From positions 100,192,001 to 100,256,000 of the forward strand of contig OZ024744.1 in assembly GCA_964016885.1 (NCBI GenBank): a stretch of DNA of 64,000 nt, given 5' to 3'. Positions 23,531-36,447 of the stretch are shown piece by piece; the stretch's first letter is position 1, and every line of letters begins with the position of its first letter. Both the position numbers and the translations under genes were made by a program. This DNA is from Eledone cirrhosa (lineage: Eukaryota). The notes under the pieces are model-generated. The model searched no databases. It saw only the letters and a program-made list of their open reading frames with translations, and was not told the origin of the DNA.

Positions 23531-25240
23531 GTTTAAAAATCTGATACAATCCTTTTATCAGCTCTATATGAACTTTTGAAACAATTACTTTTATGAGAAT
23601 TCACAGTTTCTCAAAGAGAAATCTAAATATATGGTTATCATCATCACCACCATTCAACATTAGTCTTCCATGCTAGCATGGGTTGGACAGGTCTTCATTA
23701 ACTGAATCAGTACTGAAGTAGAGCTACTGGCTTATCAGATGAGCCAGGAGCTTACATATCTTGCTTACATATGTTTCCATGCTATAATGACTGCACTTTA
23801 CTGTGGCACCAACACTAGGGATGATGTTATGTCCATGACACAACTGAAGGGTCCTCGCAACCCTTTGTTTGGCAACAAGTTTTCTATGGCTGGATTCCCT
23901 TCCTATACTCAACAACTTTAGAGAGTGTACTAAGTACGTTTATTGTGTATATCACCAACATTATGGAGGTTGTCATGTCATTGTTACAACTGAAGAGTCT
24001 TTTAACCCTTTAGCATTTCCATTACTCTATATATATATATATATATATACTATTGTATTTTCAAGGTAAAGGCTTTATCTCACATAAATATCTCACATAA
24101 TATCAAATCTATGAGATTTTGATATTTATTTTGAGAACAATACCTTAACATCAATATGAGTGGTCAGTTATGGCCAGATGAAACAGAAAGAGGTGAGAAA
24201 ATTTTGGCCCAGATACAGCCGGTTTAAATGCTAAAGGGTTAACAAATATGAGCAGCCAGTTATGTGGTCAGTTTGAACAGAAAGAGGTGAGAGAATTCTG
24301 GCTGGATATGGCCAGTTTAAATGCTAAAGGGTTAACATAAGTATGAGCAGCTAGTTATGACCAGTTTGAACAGAAAGAGGTGAGATAATTCTGGTCAGAT
24401 ATGGCCAGTTTAAATGCTAAAGGGTTAAAACAAATAAGAAAACTGCTAAGTTTAAATGATACCTATTTTTAGAAATTATTTATTTTAGTCAAGAAAAATG
24501 AGATGATTTGTCCGAGACACAAACCATTGGCTGTAGCAGTGTTTAGTCTTGTGGTCAGTAATCTATGTAGTTAACCCTTTCATTACCATATTTCTAATAT
24601 AAGAAACACTACATAAGTGTTTCAAATAATTTTGGAAATGAATAATCAAGAATTGGGAGGGATTTAGTGATAAAATTAACTCATTATTAAGCTGGTGTTT
24701 GGAACAACTTAACACAGGTTAGATAAAATTACGACAGATTTTTAAAATAAATATATGCTATATATAAGAAATAGATTTTGTATCAAAAGCAAGGGCACTT
24801 TCAGTGGGTTTGGTGATCAATGAGTTCAGTTCAGAAGACAAACAAAATGCATTTTAATTTATTTTTTTTACCTTGCTATCAAGATTGGTAATTTTACCTT
24901 ATAAAAAGAAATAATTTGGTTTCAAATATCATCATCATAATTATAATCATTGTAGTTTAACATCTGTTTTCCATGCTGGCATGGGTTAGTTTTAAAAAAT
25001 ATATATTTAACTCTTTAGCATTTAAACCGGCCATATCTGGCCAGAATTCTCTCACCTCTTTCTGTTCAAACCAGCTGTAACCAGCCCTTCATACAGTATT
25101 ATTCTCAAAATATATATTAAAATCTCAGATTCAATATTATGTGAGAATCATGTGAGGTAAAGCCTTTAACACAAAAATACAATAGTAGATATAGAGTAAT
25201 GTGAAAGGGAAAGGGTTAAAAACTCTCAAAATAAACATAC

Positions 25241-25304
25241 CTGGAACATAAAGAATTCCACTTTTGTTTTTCCTTTTATTCTTCTTTTTAGAATTCTTTT
25301 GAAG
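25241..25304 (-). CDS. CLUH: CLUH coding exon, basic patch (LQKNSKKKNKRKNKSGILYVP)
   Basis: attcag/gtatgt sites, phase 0 to 1; corresponds to the KKRNKRRKNR-type basic stretch. Confidence 0.88.
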
Positions 25305-25373
25305 CTGAATAAAGAATAAAAGAAATCCATCAAAGATTCTTACATAGCATTATAATAGAAGGTTTTAAAATAA

Positions 25374-25869
25374 TCTAAACTATAATAAAGTAAGAAGCGC
25401 GGGAGTGTGTACGGTCTATAATTTTTTATCCCGTTAGTAAAATAAGTTGGATTACTTTGAATAAATAATTAATGAATATTACATAATTTATCTACTAAAT
25501 TTCGTGGTTGTTCATTAAATATATTTTATTACTTATTTAAAGATTCACTTCTTTAAAATTTTCAAATGTCAACACTTCCGGTTAGCAGTCACTTAAATAA
25601 ATATTCATATATTTCTGTCACTAATTTCCTCCTTTGGAGTTTATATATAATATCGTCTTTTTCTAATGTATCATGGATTACTTTACTGATTACATAAGAC
25701 AGTGTAACACAGTCTTCGTTCAATTTCTGTTTATATTGTCAGTTACGATTTTATTTGATGTATCATATCTACATGCATATATACTTGCGTATAATATCAA
25801 TACATGCTATACACAATAATCACTATACATGCTAGCAGAAAACCACCCTTTTGGGTGGTTTTCTGCTAG
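25374..25869 (+). mobile_element. Non-autonomous Helitron; other copies at about 30303-30712 (minus) and from 63799 (plus)
   Basis: A|TC 5' end and CTAG|T 3' end; terminal hairpin CTAGCAGAAAACCACCC-tttt-GGGTGGTTTTCTGCTAG; three homologous copies. Confidence 0.8.
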
Positions 25870-27472
25870 TAATGATAATTATTGTGTACAGTGCTCAGGT
25901 GCACTAGAACTCAAAAGGTGTATGTATAGTACATAAGTCAGGAAAGTGAATGAGTCATGATATACACACAGACAGAAACATGAATGTGTATGGAGGGGGA
26001 ATATCAGGTGTAGTGTTGGCGAATTTTGGGAAGCATGGAAGTTTTGAAGGATGCAGTGTCCCAATAGTGAACAACTGGTACATATAAACACTTTAACCCT
26101 TTTGTTACCATATTTACTATACACAGCTTATAATTTTCAAATGATAAACTTACTAACTTTCTTTTACTGCTTGTTAGTAATTTTTTTATAATATATAAAT
26201 ATTATAGTATATATTTAATGATGAAAGGTTTTAATATAAATTTGAAGATTTTAAAATGGATAGTTTTCTATGATAAAACCATTTCTCTAGAAATATGACC
26301 ATATTATGAGGGTGGACTGAAAAGTTCATAGGCTGACTATGAAATAGTGATGCTAGAGCTGTGAAATCTTGCATGCATTAATTTCAACTCTTAATAACTG
26401 CATTGTTTCTTTCCAGGTACTATGTTGAAAAATAAACCTCATTTGGTCATTCCATGAGAGTATTTTGGTCAGCATATGAACTTTTCAGCTGACCTCATAT
26501 TTCTACAATATCATTAACCCTTTAAAATTCTGGCCGGATACGGCCAGAATTTTCTCACCCCTTTCTATTCAAACCGGCCATTCATACTGATGTTAAGGTA
26601 TTGTTCTCAAAATAAATATTTCGAAAATCGTCAATTTGATATTACGCAAGATTATGTAAGGTAAAGCCTTCACCACGAAAATATAATAGTATATATAGAG
26701 TAATGTAAATGTTAAAGGGTTAAACTAATGCATTCAATATATTTGTATTTTGATATGTTGAGATTAAAATTATATTTAGATGTTACAACAGTCTAATTTT
26801 AACAAAATTAAAATATGTAAAGTGGTCATGTTGGTGATAACAAAAAGTGCCAATCCACACATTAAAGAGGTTGTTTTGCTGCCACAATAAAAAGCACCCA
26901 GTGCACATTGTAAAGTGGTCATGACAAAAAAAAAAAGCACCTGGCCCACATTGAAAAGTGGTTGTGTTGGTGGCAGAACAAAAACCACCTAATACACACT
27001 GTAAAGTGGTCGGGTGGGTATCACAACAAAAAGCACCCAGACCCCACTGTAAAGTGGTTGTGAAGGTGTCATGACAAAAACCACCCAGTCCACACTAAAG
27101 TGGTTGTATAGGTGCCACGATAAAAACCACCCAGTCCACACTAAAGTGGTTGTGTAGGTGTCATGACAAAAAGCACCCAGTCCACACTGTAAAGTGGTTG
27201 TGTTGGTGTCCTGACAAAAAGAACCCAGGCCACACTGTAAAGTGGTCGATTTGGTGCCAGAATAAAAAAAAAAAAAAAGCACCCAGTACACAGTATAAAG
27301 TGGTTGCTTTGGTGCCACAATAAAAGCAATCAGTCCACACTGTCAATGTGGTTGGCATTAGGAAGGGCATCCAACTATAGAAACCAACCCAGAAACAGTT
27401 CTATATGAGCAAGACACATTCATTTGATTTGGCTTATTTCACAATGGGACAACTCGTCTAACCCATGCTAAC

Positions 27473-27511
<39 letters not shown>

Positions 27512-27568
27512 ACGTTAAACGATGATGGTGGTGATGATATATGAAAAGAATAGAATTATTTTACTCAC

Positions 27569-27730
27569 ATCTTCAATAGCCACTTGTGCATTAGGTGACT
27601 GAAAGGATCCAAGAAAACAATTCAGAAAATGGCTTAGAGCTGATGACAAATGCATCTGAGCAACTCCTTGCATATATGCCTTGAAAGTGTGTTTTGCAGA
27701 TAGACAAACCAATTCTGCAACAGCAATTGA
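27569..27730 (-). CDS. CLUH: CLUH coding exon (SIAVAELVCLSAKHTFKAYMQGVAQMHLSSALSHFLNCFLGSFQSPNAQVAIED)
   Basis: ttacag/gtgagt sites, 162 nt; 'SAKH.FK.Y.QGV...LS.A.SHFLNCFL' motif. Confidence 0.95.
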
Positions 27731-28544
27731 CTGTAAAATGGATTAAAACATTACATTAAACATGGCAGCTCAACTTTATCGAACAAAATACAAATATCTT
27801 CTCTCAAGCATTTCAGAAGAGTACAAACAAAACTATTAAATCTAAAAGTGTAAAATAAGACATCTAAAAGATAAACAACTCTCTAAATACAAACAATATC
27901 AATATCTTTGATATACTCAACTATCACATCTGTGCCACAAGGCCAGCAATTACCTCAGTACATTACTGGGGCTTCATTTTATCGACCCTGTTAGGATGAA
28001 AGGCAAAGTTAACCTCTGCAGGATTTGAACTCAGAACGTAAAGGGCCATAACTATGCTGCAAAGCATGGTGTTCGACCCTCTACCGATACTGCCAATCCA
28101 CCGCCTTTAATTTACAAATAAAATACTAGATATAAAACCAAATCCTCTAAAGATATAATTCTATTGTCAGAACCACTGAAAATATAAAATATCTTCTATT
28201 TCACCCACTTCTTGAGAGGATTGTTAGGGCAGAGTGGTCAGACCTGCTTTCATGAGGGTCCAATCAGAAGCAATAACAGTCTTCAAATGATCCAGCTGGA
28301 TCCCTAAGTGAGAACAACTGAGATTATGGATGTTATTTAACTATCTTGTTCATGGTCTACTTCCGGGTCTCCTACTTGTTAGCTTTACCATGAGAATCTG
28401 TCCCATGAAAAAATACAAGCCACAAAAATGGGGTTCCTCTGAAGGGTTTCTGGAGTAACATTACTCACTGGGATGCGTAGCTCAAAGATCAGAGAGTCAC
28501 TCCAGATAGAGCTGGTATTCCTTCACATGAAGAGTTATTTAGTT

Positions 28545-29034
28545 TACATATTGAGACACCTCTGTGTCACTTTTGAGCTGACTTTTGGGATGCTCCCATA
28601 CAGCTCTGAGTTTTTCATCCTCAGTGTATACTGATTAATGTTCAGAGCCATCCTCAGCATTCTCGTGTAGCACCCATCTACCATCTGAGTGAGTTTCTTG
28701 GTCAGTGTCCAAGTCTCAGACCCATACAGCAGCACAGACTCCACTACAGCAATGAAGAGGCGGATTTTCAGGTCTCTACGAAGGTCCGACTTCCACAGTT
28801 CTCAAGCTGTGGCACGCCGACATCCAGAGTTGACATTGCACTCAGTGCTCCTTTAGGAGCCCCTACATGGACACACTAGAAGAGGAAGACCAAGGTTAAC
28901 GTATGTTGATGCCCTAAGGACAGACACTGGTCTGTTGGAGACGCAGGACATGGCAGCGATAATGAGGGACAGAGACTGCTGGAGAGAACTCGTCCATGGA
29001 TCTCGGGAATTTTACCCGCCTTAGATAGATAGAT
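28545..29034. mobile_element. RTE/RTE-X LINE 3' fragment with 5' inversion
   Basis: Minus segment ESVLLYGSETWTLTKK (28545-28825) is joined to a plus segment HGHTRRGRPRLTYVDALRTDTGL that ends in (TAGA)n. Confidence 0.8.
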
Positions 29035-29755
29035 TGAGACACCAACCCATCCTAATTATTTTATAACATATGGGATTTCTAGTAATGTACTTTTGACATG
29101 TATAATGGGTTTTTTTAGCGTATAAAGAAATTTAATTGTCGCAGGAATGCTACCACTTAAAATTTCACCGGAGATAGATTAGCAACATTTAATAAACAGG
29201 GAGTGAGGGTGAAATATGAGTAGGGGAATCTGAAAAATGAATAATCGTTGGCAGGGGGTGGGGCATTATTTGAGACCCGAGAGTAGTTAAAATGTCTAAG
29301 GGAAGAATTGTAGGAGAAATTTTACAAAATAATTCAAAATCCAGAATAAGAGAAAAATAATCACCATGTTTTAGTTTATATAAATAGTTTTCTAATTTAG
29401 GAACATGGCCAGGAAATTGGGGGAGGACAAAGTTGATTAAATCCACCTAAGCAATTGACCCATACTTTACCTACGGGTTGATAAAATAAAGGAGACTTTG
29501 GTAGGATTAGAACTCAGAATTTAAAGAGCCAGAAGAAATACCACAATGGCATTTTATCTGACACTCTACCAATTCTGCCAATCCACCGCTCTAAATCCCG
29601 AAAACGTTTAGTAAGACCCTCCTCTTAGTCTAGAACCCGACAAAGATTGAACCCCACATCAAGATCTCCACCATCTCTAATACCTTCTACCACTAGGCCA
29701 GCATGACAGCTATTGATATTATAAATATTATAATCATTAAAAGTGTGATACTTAC

Positions 29756-29828
29756 ATAAAGATAAGATATTTGGGGAAATTTAGAAAGCATATCTGCCAC
29801 ACATCCTAAATACCGTACATTAATTCCA
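29756..29828 (-). CDS. CLUH: CLUH coding exon (GINVRYLGCVADMLSKFPQISYLY)
   Basis: ttacag/gtaagt sites; hallmark RGINxRYLG motif spans the junction with the previous exon. Confidence 0.95.
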
Positions 29829-30849
29829 CTGTAATACAAGAACAACAAGAAATTAAACAGCACACACAAATATCTTGTTTATTAATATTTACAAGATTTT
29901 AATTAACAATAATTCCTGCAGTACAAATAAAAGAACAAGCCTAGAAAATATATTCACTCCTCCAACTTCCACCAACACCACCCTTTCTCAATAAAGGTAT
30001 GTCGGTACCACAACATCCAGTCCAAACTAAAGAGGTCGTGTAGGTGTCACAATAACAAAAAAAGTACCCAGTCCACGTTGTAAAGTGGTCGTGTAGGAAA
30101 CACTGTAAAAAAAGTTCCCAGTCCCACTGTAAATGTGGTTGGTGTTAGGAAGGGCATCCAGCCATAGAAAACCTGCCAGATACAGTCCTATACAAGCGAG
30201 ACACTGTCACCCAATCAATCTTGCTTCAAGTGGGACAATTCCCATCTAACCCTTACTAGTGTGGAAGATAGACATTAAATGACGATGATGATATATTAAA
30301 AAGATTGGTGGTTTTTCTGCTAGCATGTGTAGTGTGTATATTGATATTATATGCAAGTATATATACATGTAGATATGATACATCAAATAACATTGTAATT
30401 GACAATATACACAGAAATTGAATGAAGACTGCGTTACACTGTCTTGTGTAATCAGTAACGTAATCCATGATACATTAAAAAAAGACATATATAAACTGCA
30501 TTAGGAGAAAATTAGTGACGGAAATATATGAAGGTTTATTTAAGCGATTGCCAACCGGAAGTGTTGACATTTGAAAATTTGAAAGAGATGAATCTTTAAA
30601 TAAACAAAATATATTTAATCAACAGCTACGAAATTTAGTAGATAAATTATGTAATATTCATTAATTATTTATTCAAACTAATCCCACACTCCTTACTTTA
30701 TTATAGTTTAGATTAATGGATTTTTCATTTAATAAATCACCATCAATACTATTTAATGTCTATTTCACATCTTTACATGGGTTAGACTAGTTGTCACAAG
30801 TCTGAGGCTAGATGGGTAAAAAGTAAAGTATGTCTCAAGCCAGGAGGCT

Positions 30850-31667
30850 CATGGTATTTATTACCGTTATTACACAGCTAATTAGGGACTGAGTTAAACT
30901 ACATAAGATGCAGTTTTAATTTGTATCAGGTAAAAGTATCACTGATGTCCTTTTCCTTGTGAGGCAACTGCAAAAGTATCTAGCTAAAAGTAAGCCCCTC
31001 AATTTGTTGAGAAAGTGTTTGACAACAGTTTCTCATTCCATAATCAGGTGGGCTCTTAGAAAACTAGGAATAGATGAGTGGCTTGTGAGGGCAGGACAAG
31101 CTATGTGCAGTGGAGCAGTCAGCAAAGTTAAAATTAACAATGATTATAGTGAGGGTTCTTTGGGGTTCTGTTCTTAACCTATAATGGAAGAGTTTATTCC
31201 AAACCTGGAAGAAAAAAGTCTTAAAGTCAGCTTGGCAGAGACTCAAAAACTACTAAATAGAAAAAAAAAATCAGAGCCCAGAACTCTTCAGGGAAATGAC
31301 CTTGCTCAGTATGCAGGAAAGTAGTGGGTAGAAATTCCATCTTATATCCCAAATGCAAACTATGGGCACATGAGATGTAGTGGCATTTTAGTCAGGCTAG
31401 CGAAGAACAGAGGATTTATATGTGATTGGTGCTCAGAAGCAATAAGAGCTACAGAAACCAACTCCATTAAATGTTCAGCTGGCTCCTTAGATGTAGTTGA
31501 TAGCTTATGTTATCTGGGTGACCAAATTAGTAGTGGAGGTGGGTGTTCTAAAAGACAATAGCCAGAGTGAGAACAGAATAGAAAAAGTTCAAGGAGCTAC
31601 TAGTTCTGCTAACTACAAAAGGTATTTCCCTCAAAATGAAAGGCAGACTGTATGATGTTTGTATACG
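30850..31667 (+). mobile_element. Deleted RTE LINE relic; related pieces at 5960-6590 and 36120-36447
   Basis: IRWALRKLGIDEWLVRA, VVDSLCYLGDQISSGGGCS and LKMKGRLYDVCIR motifs. Confidence 0.8.
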
Positions 31668-32332
31668 AACGATGGTTGCTGGACACTAAGGCTTAATATG
31701 GGATGTTTGTTTACAAACACACCGAGCATTATAATAAATGTTCGGTGATTCCATACGTACATATATATGTGTGTGCATGTATGTATATATATATATATAC
31801 ATACTACTGTACGTCTGTATACATATATGTATGTACGTGTACATACTTATATTTAAGTAACAGCCGTACAAAGAGTGGGAAATGAAATTTTGTTTCATTT
31901 TTTCCGTTTATCGTTTTCGGTGCACTCGGCCAATTAACCCACTCGATATGCAAATTGGGCTGCTCAGCCGTTAATATGCATAAGGTAAGTATATACGTTC
32001 AACAATCTGGCAGGAAGGTATACGTTCAACAATCTGGCAGGAAGGTATACGTTACTGACGATAGCTAATAAGCTTGAAACTAGTACAGCGTTCCTTTGTC
32101 AGTGTTGAACAAACGAGCAACGATGGTTGCTAGACACTGTACGGCTTAATTCGGGATGTTTGTTTACAAACACACCGAGCATTATAATAAATGTTCGGCG
32201 ATTCCATACGTACATATATATATATACATACTACTGTACGTCTGTATACATATATGTATGTACGTGTACATACTTAAATATAAGTAACAGCCGTACTAAG
32301 AGTGGGAAATGAAATTTCGTTTCATTTTTTCC

Positions 32333-32337
<5 letters not shown>
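31668..32337 (+). mobile_element. Retrozyme-like / Penelope pseudo-LTR-like element: 451-bp unit plus a partial second copy
   Basis: 31668-31910 is repeated at 32119-32337; hammerhead lies just before the junction; several internal hairpins; abuts a truncated RTE and ends in (TA)n. Confidence 0.6.
32024..32110 (+). ncRNA. Type I hammerhead ribozyme fold with extended stem I
   Basis: CTGACGA (32055-61), stem II AGCT-aata-AGCT, GAAAC-TA-GTA with palindromic ACTAGT; stem I segments ACGTT/AGCGT, AAGG/CCTT, CTGGCA/TGTCAG, GTTCAACA/TGTTGAAC. Confidence 0.72.
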
Positions 32338-32375
<38 letters not shown>

Positions 32376-32464
32376 TATACGTAAAAGGTAAACAGAAACA
32401 ACACAATTGGTACAGTATATGGAAGGAATATATTAGGTTAACGCTTGAAATAGCAGGAAGAGGG

Positions 32465-32500
32465 TCTTAATGTTTCAGATGCTAGTCCTTCATCAGAAGA
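32465..32500 (-). ncRNA. Degenerate second copy of the minimal Penelope-type hammerhead (element about 32395-32525)
   Basis: Minus strand reads TCTT-CTGATGA-A GGAC tagc ATCT-GAAAC-ATT-AAGA; flanks are homologous to 40475-40590. Confidence 0.5.
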
Positions 32501-33003
32501 AATAATGAGAAATAAGATAGATTGATGAGACGGGTCGGTTGGAATTGGAAAAAATGTCTAGATAAAACTAACAGGTCTATATACACAAGGAACTCAAAAT
32601 TTAATTCAAAGTTTTGTTAATGTGGTTTCAAGTGGTACAGGATGTTAACCCTTTAGCATTTACATTTCTCGATTGATACTATTGTATTTTGCCAGTAAAG
32701 GCTTTATCTCACATAGTAACTCATAATATCGAATGTATGAGATTGATATTATTTATTTTGAGAACTATACTTTAACATCAGTATGAGTGGCCAGTTAAAG
32801 CCAGTTTGAACAGACAGAGGTAAGTATTCTGGTCGGATATGGCTGGTTTAAATGCTAAAGGGTTAAGAGTTAAAATAGTTTCTTTCACAGGAGAACTGTC
32901 CTAAGATATAGAGACATGGAAAGATCCAATAAAACGAACAAGAGCCGGGGGTTGTGAATGACATTCATGAAACATTATAAGAGACTAAGAATCTGAAACT
33001 TAC

Positions 33004-33074
33004 CGGTGATGCATAGCATCTATTAATGAGGATCCATCAATTATTGATGTAGTATGGTCCAAACAATCATTTAC
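33004..33074 (-). CDS. CLUH: CLUH coding exon (VNDCLDHTTSIIDGSSLIDAMHHR)
   Basis: tttcag/gtaagt sites, phase 0 to 2; central-domain 'DG..L...MH.R' motif. Confidence 0.92.
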
Positions 33075-33524
33075 CTGAAAATATAAAAGAAAAAGGATGA
33101 ATACACACATATATACATGAGAGAGAGGAGAGAGTGAGGAGAGAGAGAGAAGAGAGAGAAGAGAGAGAGAAAGAGAGAGAAAGAGGAAGAGAAAGAGAAA
33201 AAAGAAAAAGAGAAAGAAAAAAGAAAAAGAGAGAAATGGCTTCTACAGGACTAGAACCGTTTCATTCAGAAGAAATCACCAGGAAAGCTTTCTATATTAA
33301 ACTTGATGTTTACACTCTACTAATGTATTGAGTACCTTACAAATTGGTTACCCACTAATCTATATATCTAAAACAGAGAATGTCTGTCTGTCAGCTCACT
33401 AAAACTCGAGAACCACCCAACTGATTGTTTTCAAACTTTACGCACATAATACTTATGGTCCTGTGAGTGTTAGGCGATTTAGTGATCTCTCTATAATTCT
33501 TAGTCTTTCTTTTTAGATACGTTT

Positions 33525-35300
33525 CTTTATTAGCCACAGGGGCACAAAAGAAGGGGACAAATACAAAGGGGGAAGTTTACATACAATAAAAACGTGTAAA
33601 ATATTATCACAAATGCAATTTAAAAATTAGTCAATTTTCCCCAATAGGGGGAGACAGTTCATATGGGTAACAGATACCCCCGAAAAAAAAAAAATGTGCA
33701 ACCCTCATCTCCAGGAGTACGAAGAGTTTGTACTCCCTTCCTCTCCTTAACCTACAGGCTGATATAGAGAGAAAGCCCATTCACTCGGGCCATTCTCACC
33801 ACTTTCACCCACCTTTCATAAAACTTGCTGGGGTACAGCACCTCTCTCTCCATCCTGATTCTTCTTCCAAAGTGGTATTTGAAAAAAAGAATCAGTTGTT
33901 GGCTGGAGAGAAAGGTGTCTGACCTCAGCCCTTTCAACCTTGTCCACCATATAACCTCTTTCGCCATAGCTATCACACAAAGGAAAACCGCCTCTCCTTC
34001 GTTTTTGAAGGAGGGTGGCGGTTTGATCATGACAATGGACTCGGTGGTCAACCGGATTAGTCCCACCCGCGACAATAGTCGTTCTACATAGCCCCACAGG
34101 TCGGTGACGCCCGGGCAGTGTATGAATGCGTGTGTGACAGTTTCTTCATCTCGCACGCACCTCGGACAGATCTTTTTTGCAGGGTCCCTGCCCGGGCACC
34201 CATGTCTGTAGAGCTTGTCTCGAACTGGTAGAGCTCCTCGGTAGCACTGCCAGGCCAGGGACTTTTGGAAGTTGTCCATCGGTCCTGGGCGGAAGGTCCT
34301 ACCGAACAGACTGGCCAGTTCATCTTCCTCTACGCCTAGAGTTTCACCGAGCACGTCGTCGCGCTTGCTGCGGATCAACCCTCTATAGAATGACGAAGTG
34401 GAGTCTCCACTGATCGCCAGGTCCGCCTGCCAGAGGGCTGTGAGCGCCTGAGCACCAGTCGCCCATTTTCCTCGGTCTTTGCTTGACCCAGGACTGCAGC
34501 TCGGTCAGCAAGACGAATCGTGGGAAGGCTCGCCTCACGAACGGGGTCCACACCGGTTGTCCAGTGAGGAATACGTAGAGATGCCGCCGCTTGAGCATGT
34601 GTTTGCGCATTGTCAGCCATGGCATCCCCAGCCCTCCGTTAGAAGGGTGTTGGCAACAGATGGATCTTCTCACCAAACGAGCCCGCCTCTTCCAAAGGTA
34701 TTGGAACAGCGTGCGCTCCATCTTGGTGAGCGTTTTGGCTGGGCAAGGCACGACGGTCAAGCGGTAGTAGATGGCGGACGCTATAAAAGTGTTCGCCACC
34801 TCCGCTCGACCTTTCAAGGATAGTTTGCACTCGGCCCACTTCTGGGTGAGTGCAAACACCTTGGCCATCACCTTGTTCCTGTTCTTCTCCACCTGGAGGT
34901 CCGGACCAAACCAGATCCCGAGCAGTTTTACCGGTCCTTCCGTCCAGTGCCCGATGACACCATCGGAAGGCATCGGTTTGCCTCTCCACGATCCGAGTTG
35001 CAAACCGATGGACTTGTCCCGGTTCAGCTTCTCTCCAGTGAAACTTTCGTATTCCTTCAGTAAGGTGCCGACTTCCTCGATTTGCGAGGCACTCGACACC
35101 ATTACCGTCACGTCGTTGGCGTAGGCCGACGCCGCTTTCCGCAGTCCCAGTTCCAGAGGGATGCCCTGCAATAGCTCCAACTTCCGCAGTAGTGACTCGA
35201 GAGTCAGTACGTACAGAAGGGAGGAGAGAGAGGGCATCCCTGTTGAATGGATCGCGTGATATGAACCGGCTCCGAGAGGTAGCCGTTCACCGTGACCCTA
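33525..35300 (-). mobile_element. 5'-truncated L1/Tx1-clade LINE relic (RT C-terminal half, zinc finger and 3' UTR)
   Basis: ORFs 34383..35237 and 33752..34378 contain SIQQGCPLSP, YAND (degenerate YADD), LSLKGRAEVANT, GGLG.P and CPRC..EETVTHAFIHC; frameshifted; related 3' fragment at 7895-8220. Confidence 0.88.
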
Positions 35301-36447
35301 TTTTTAGATACATAGATATAACGTTGCGCCCTTATAATATCTGTCTGTATTACGACATTATGACGCTGAGGGAAGAAAAATGTAGAAAGAAATGTAAAAA
35401 CAAACGTAAAAAGATATAAGAAAACCAGAGGATTTACCGTATTTCCTGGCGCCGTAGACGCAACTTTTTTTCGTAAAATAAGTCTCAAAAATCCACCATG
35501 TGTCCTGGGGGGCGAACGTTGCATTTTTCATTATTATTATATTATTTATTTTTTTCAAATTTTTTGTTATTAAGACCAGGGTATGTCCTCGAGGACAAAG
35601 CGTCTTCGGCACTGGGAAATATGGTACCCTTGGAATAGATTTATTCATCTCTATATTTCCGATTACTTACCGGGGTGGGGGGGTGGGGGGGGGGGGAGAT
35701 CTGAAAGGAAAGATTTGTCAGGAAAGAAAACCCACGTGGCCGTTTGTAGCTACCATCGATGTCAGAATATTCTTTGACATTCAACCAGTCTAACAGGCAT
35801 GGCATACAGGCAAAAATCATTTAAAGTTAGTCGTCATCACTGAGGTGTGGATGGGTGTGGTATCGTGGCACACCAGGGACATTGACTTCTTGTGTTCTGG
35901 TAGTGGTTCAGGAGGGTGATATGTTGGTGACAGCTACAGCATAGTAGTAGTAATAGTAGTAGTAGTGGTGGTGGTGGTGGTGGTAGTGCCTGTCCATTGT
36001 TATAACATTCGCTCATCTGTTATTGTATGTGTTGTCATTTGTGTTAGACCAGTTACCACACTTCGCTCCTTTTGGATCTGTTAGTTGGTGGTTCCAATTG
36101 TTTTATAAATGGCCTTGCTCAATATGTAAGAAAAGTGTAGGTAGGAACTCCATCCTCTGCCCCAAATGCAAACTATGAGTACACAAGAGATGTAGTGGGA
36201 TCTCAGGAAGTTTAACTAAGAATGTAGGCTTCACATGTAGCAGCTGCACTGAGGCAGGAAGCAACTAACAGCCACAGGAACCAAGCACCACCAAACTCTG
36301 GGAGGGCTCTGTAAAAACAGTAGACAGCTTCTGCTATTTGAGTGACTGAATTAGCAGCGGAGGTGGGTGTTCAGAAAGTACAGTAACCAGGGTAAGAACG
36401 GGATGGAAGAAGTTCAGGGAGCTACTGCCACTGCTAGCTGCAAAAGG

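Noticed and set aside
35671-35696. G-run as a functional G-quadruplex
   Set aside because: Isolated homopolymer inside a transposon relic; no supporting context and error-prone in assembly
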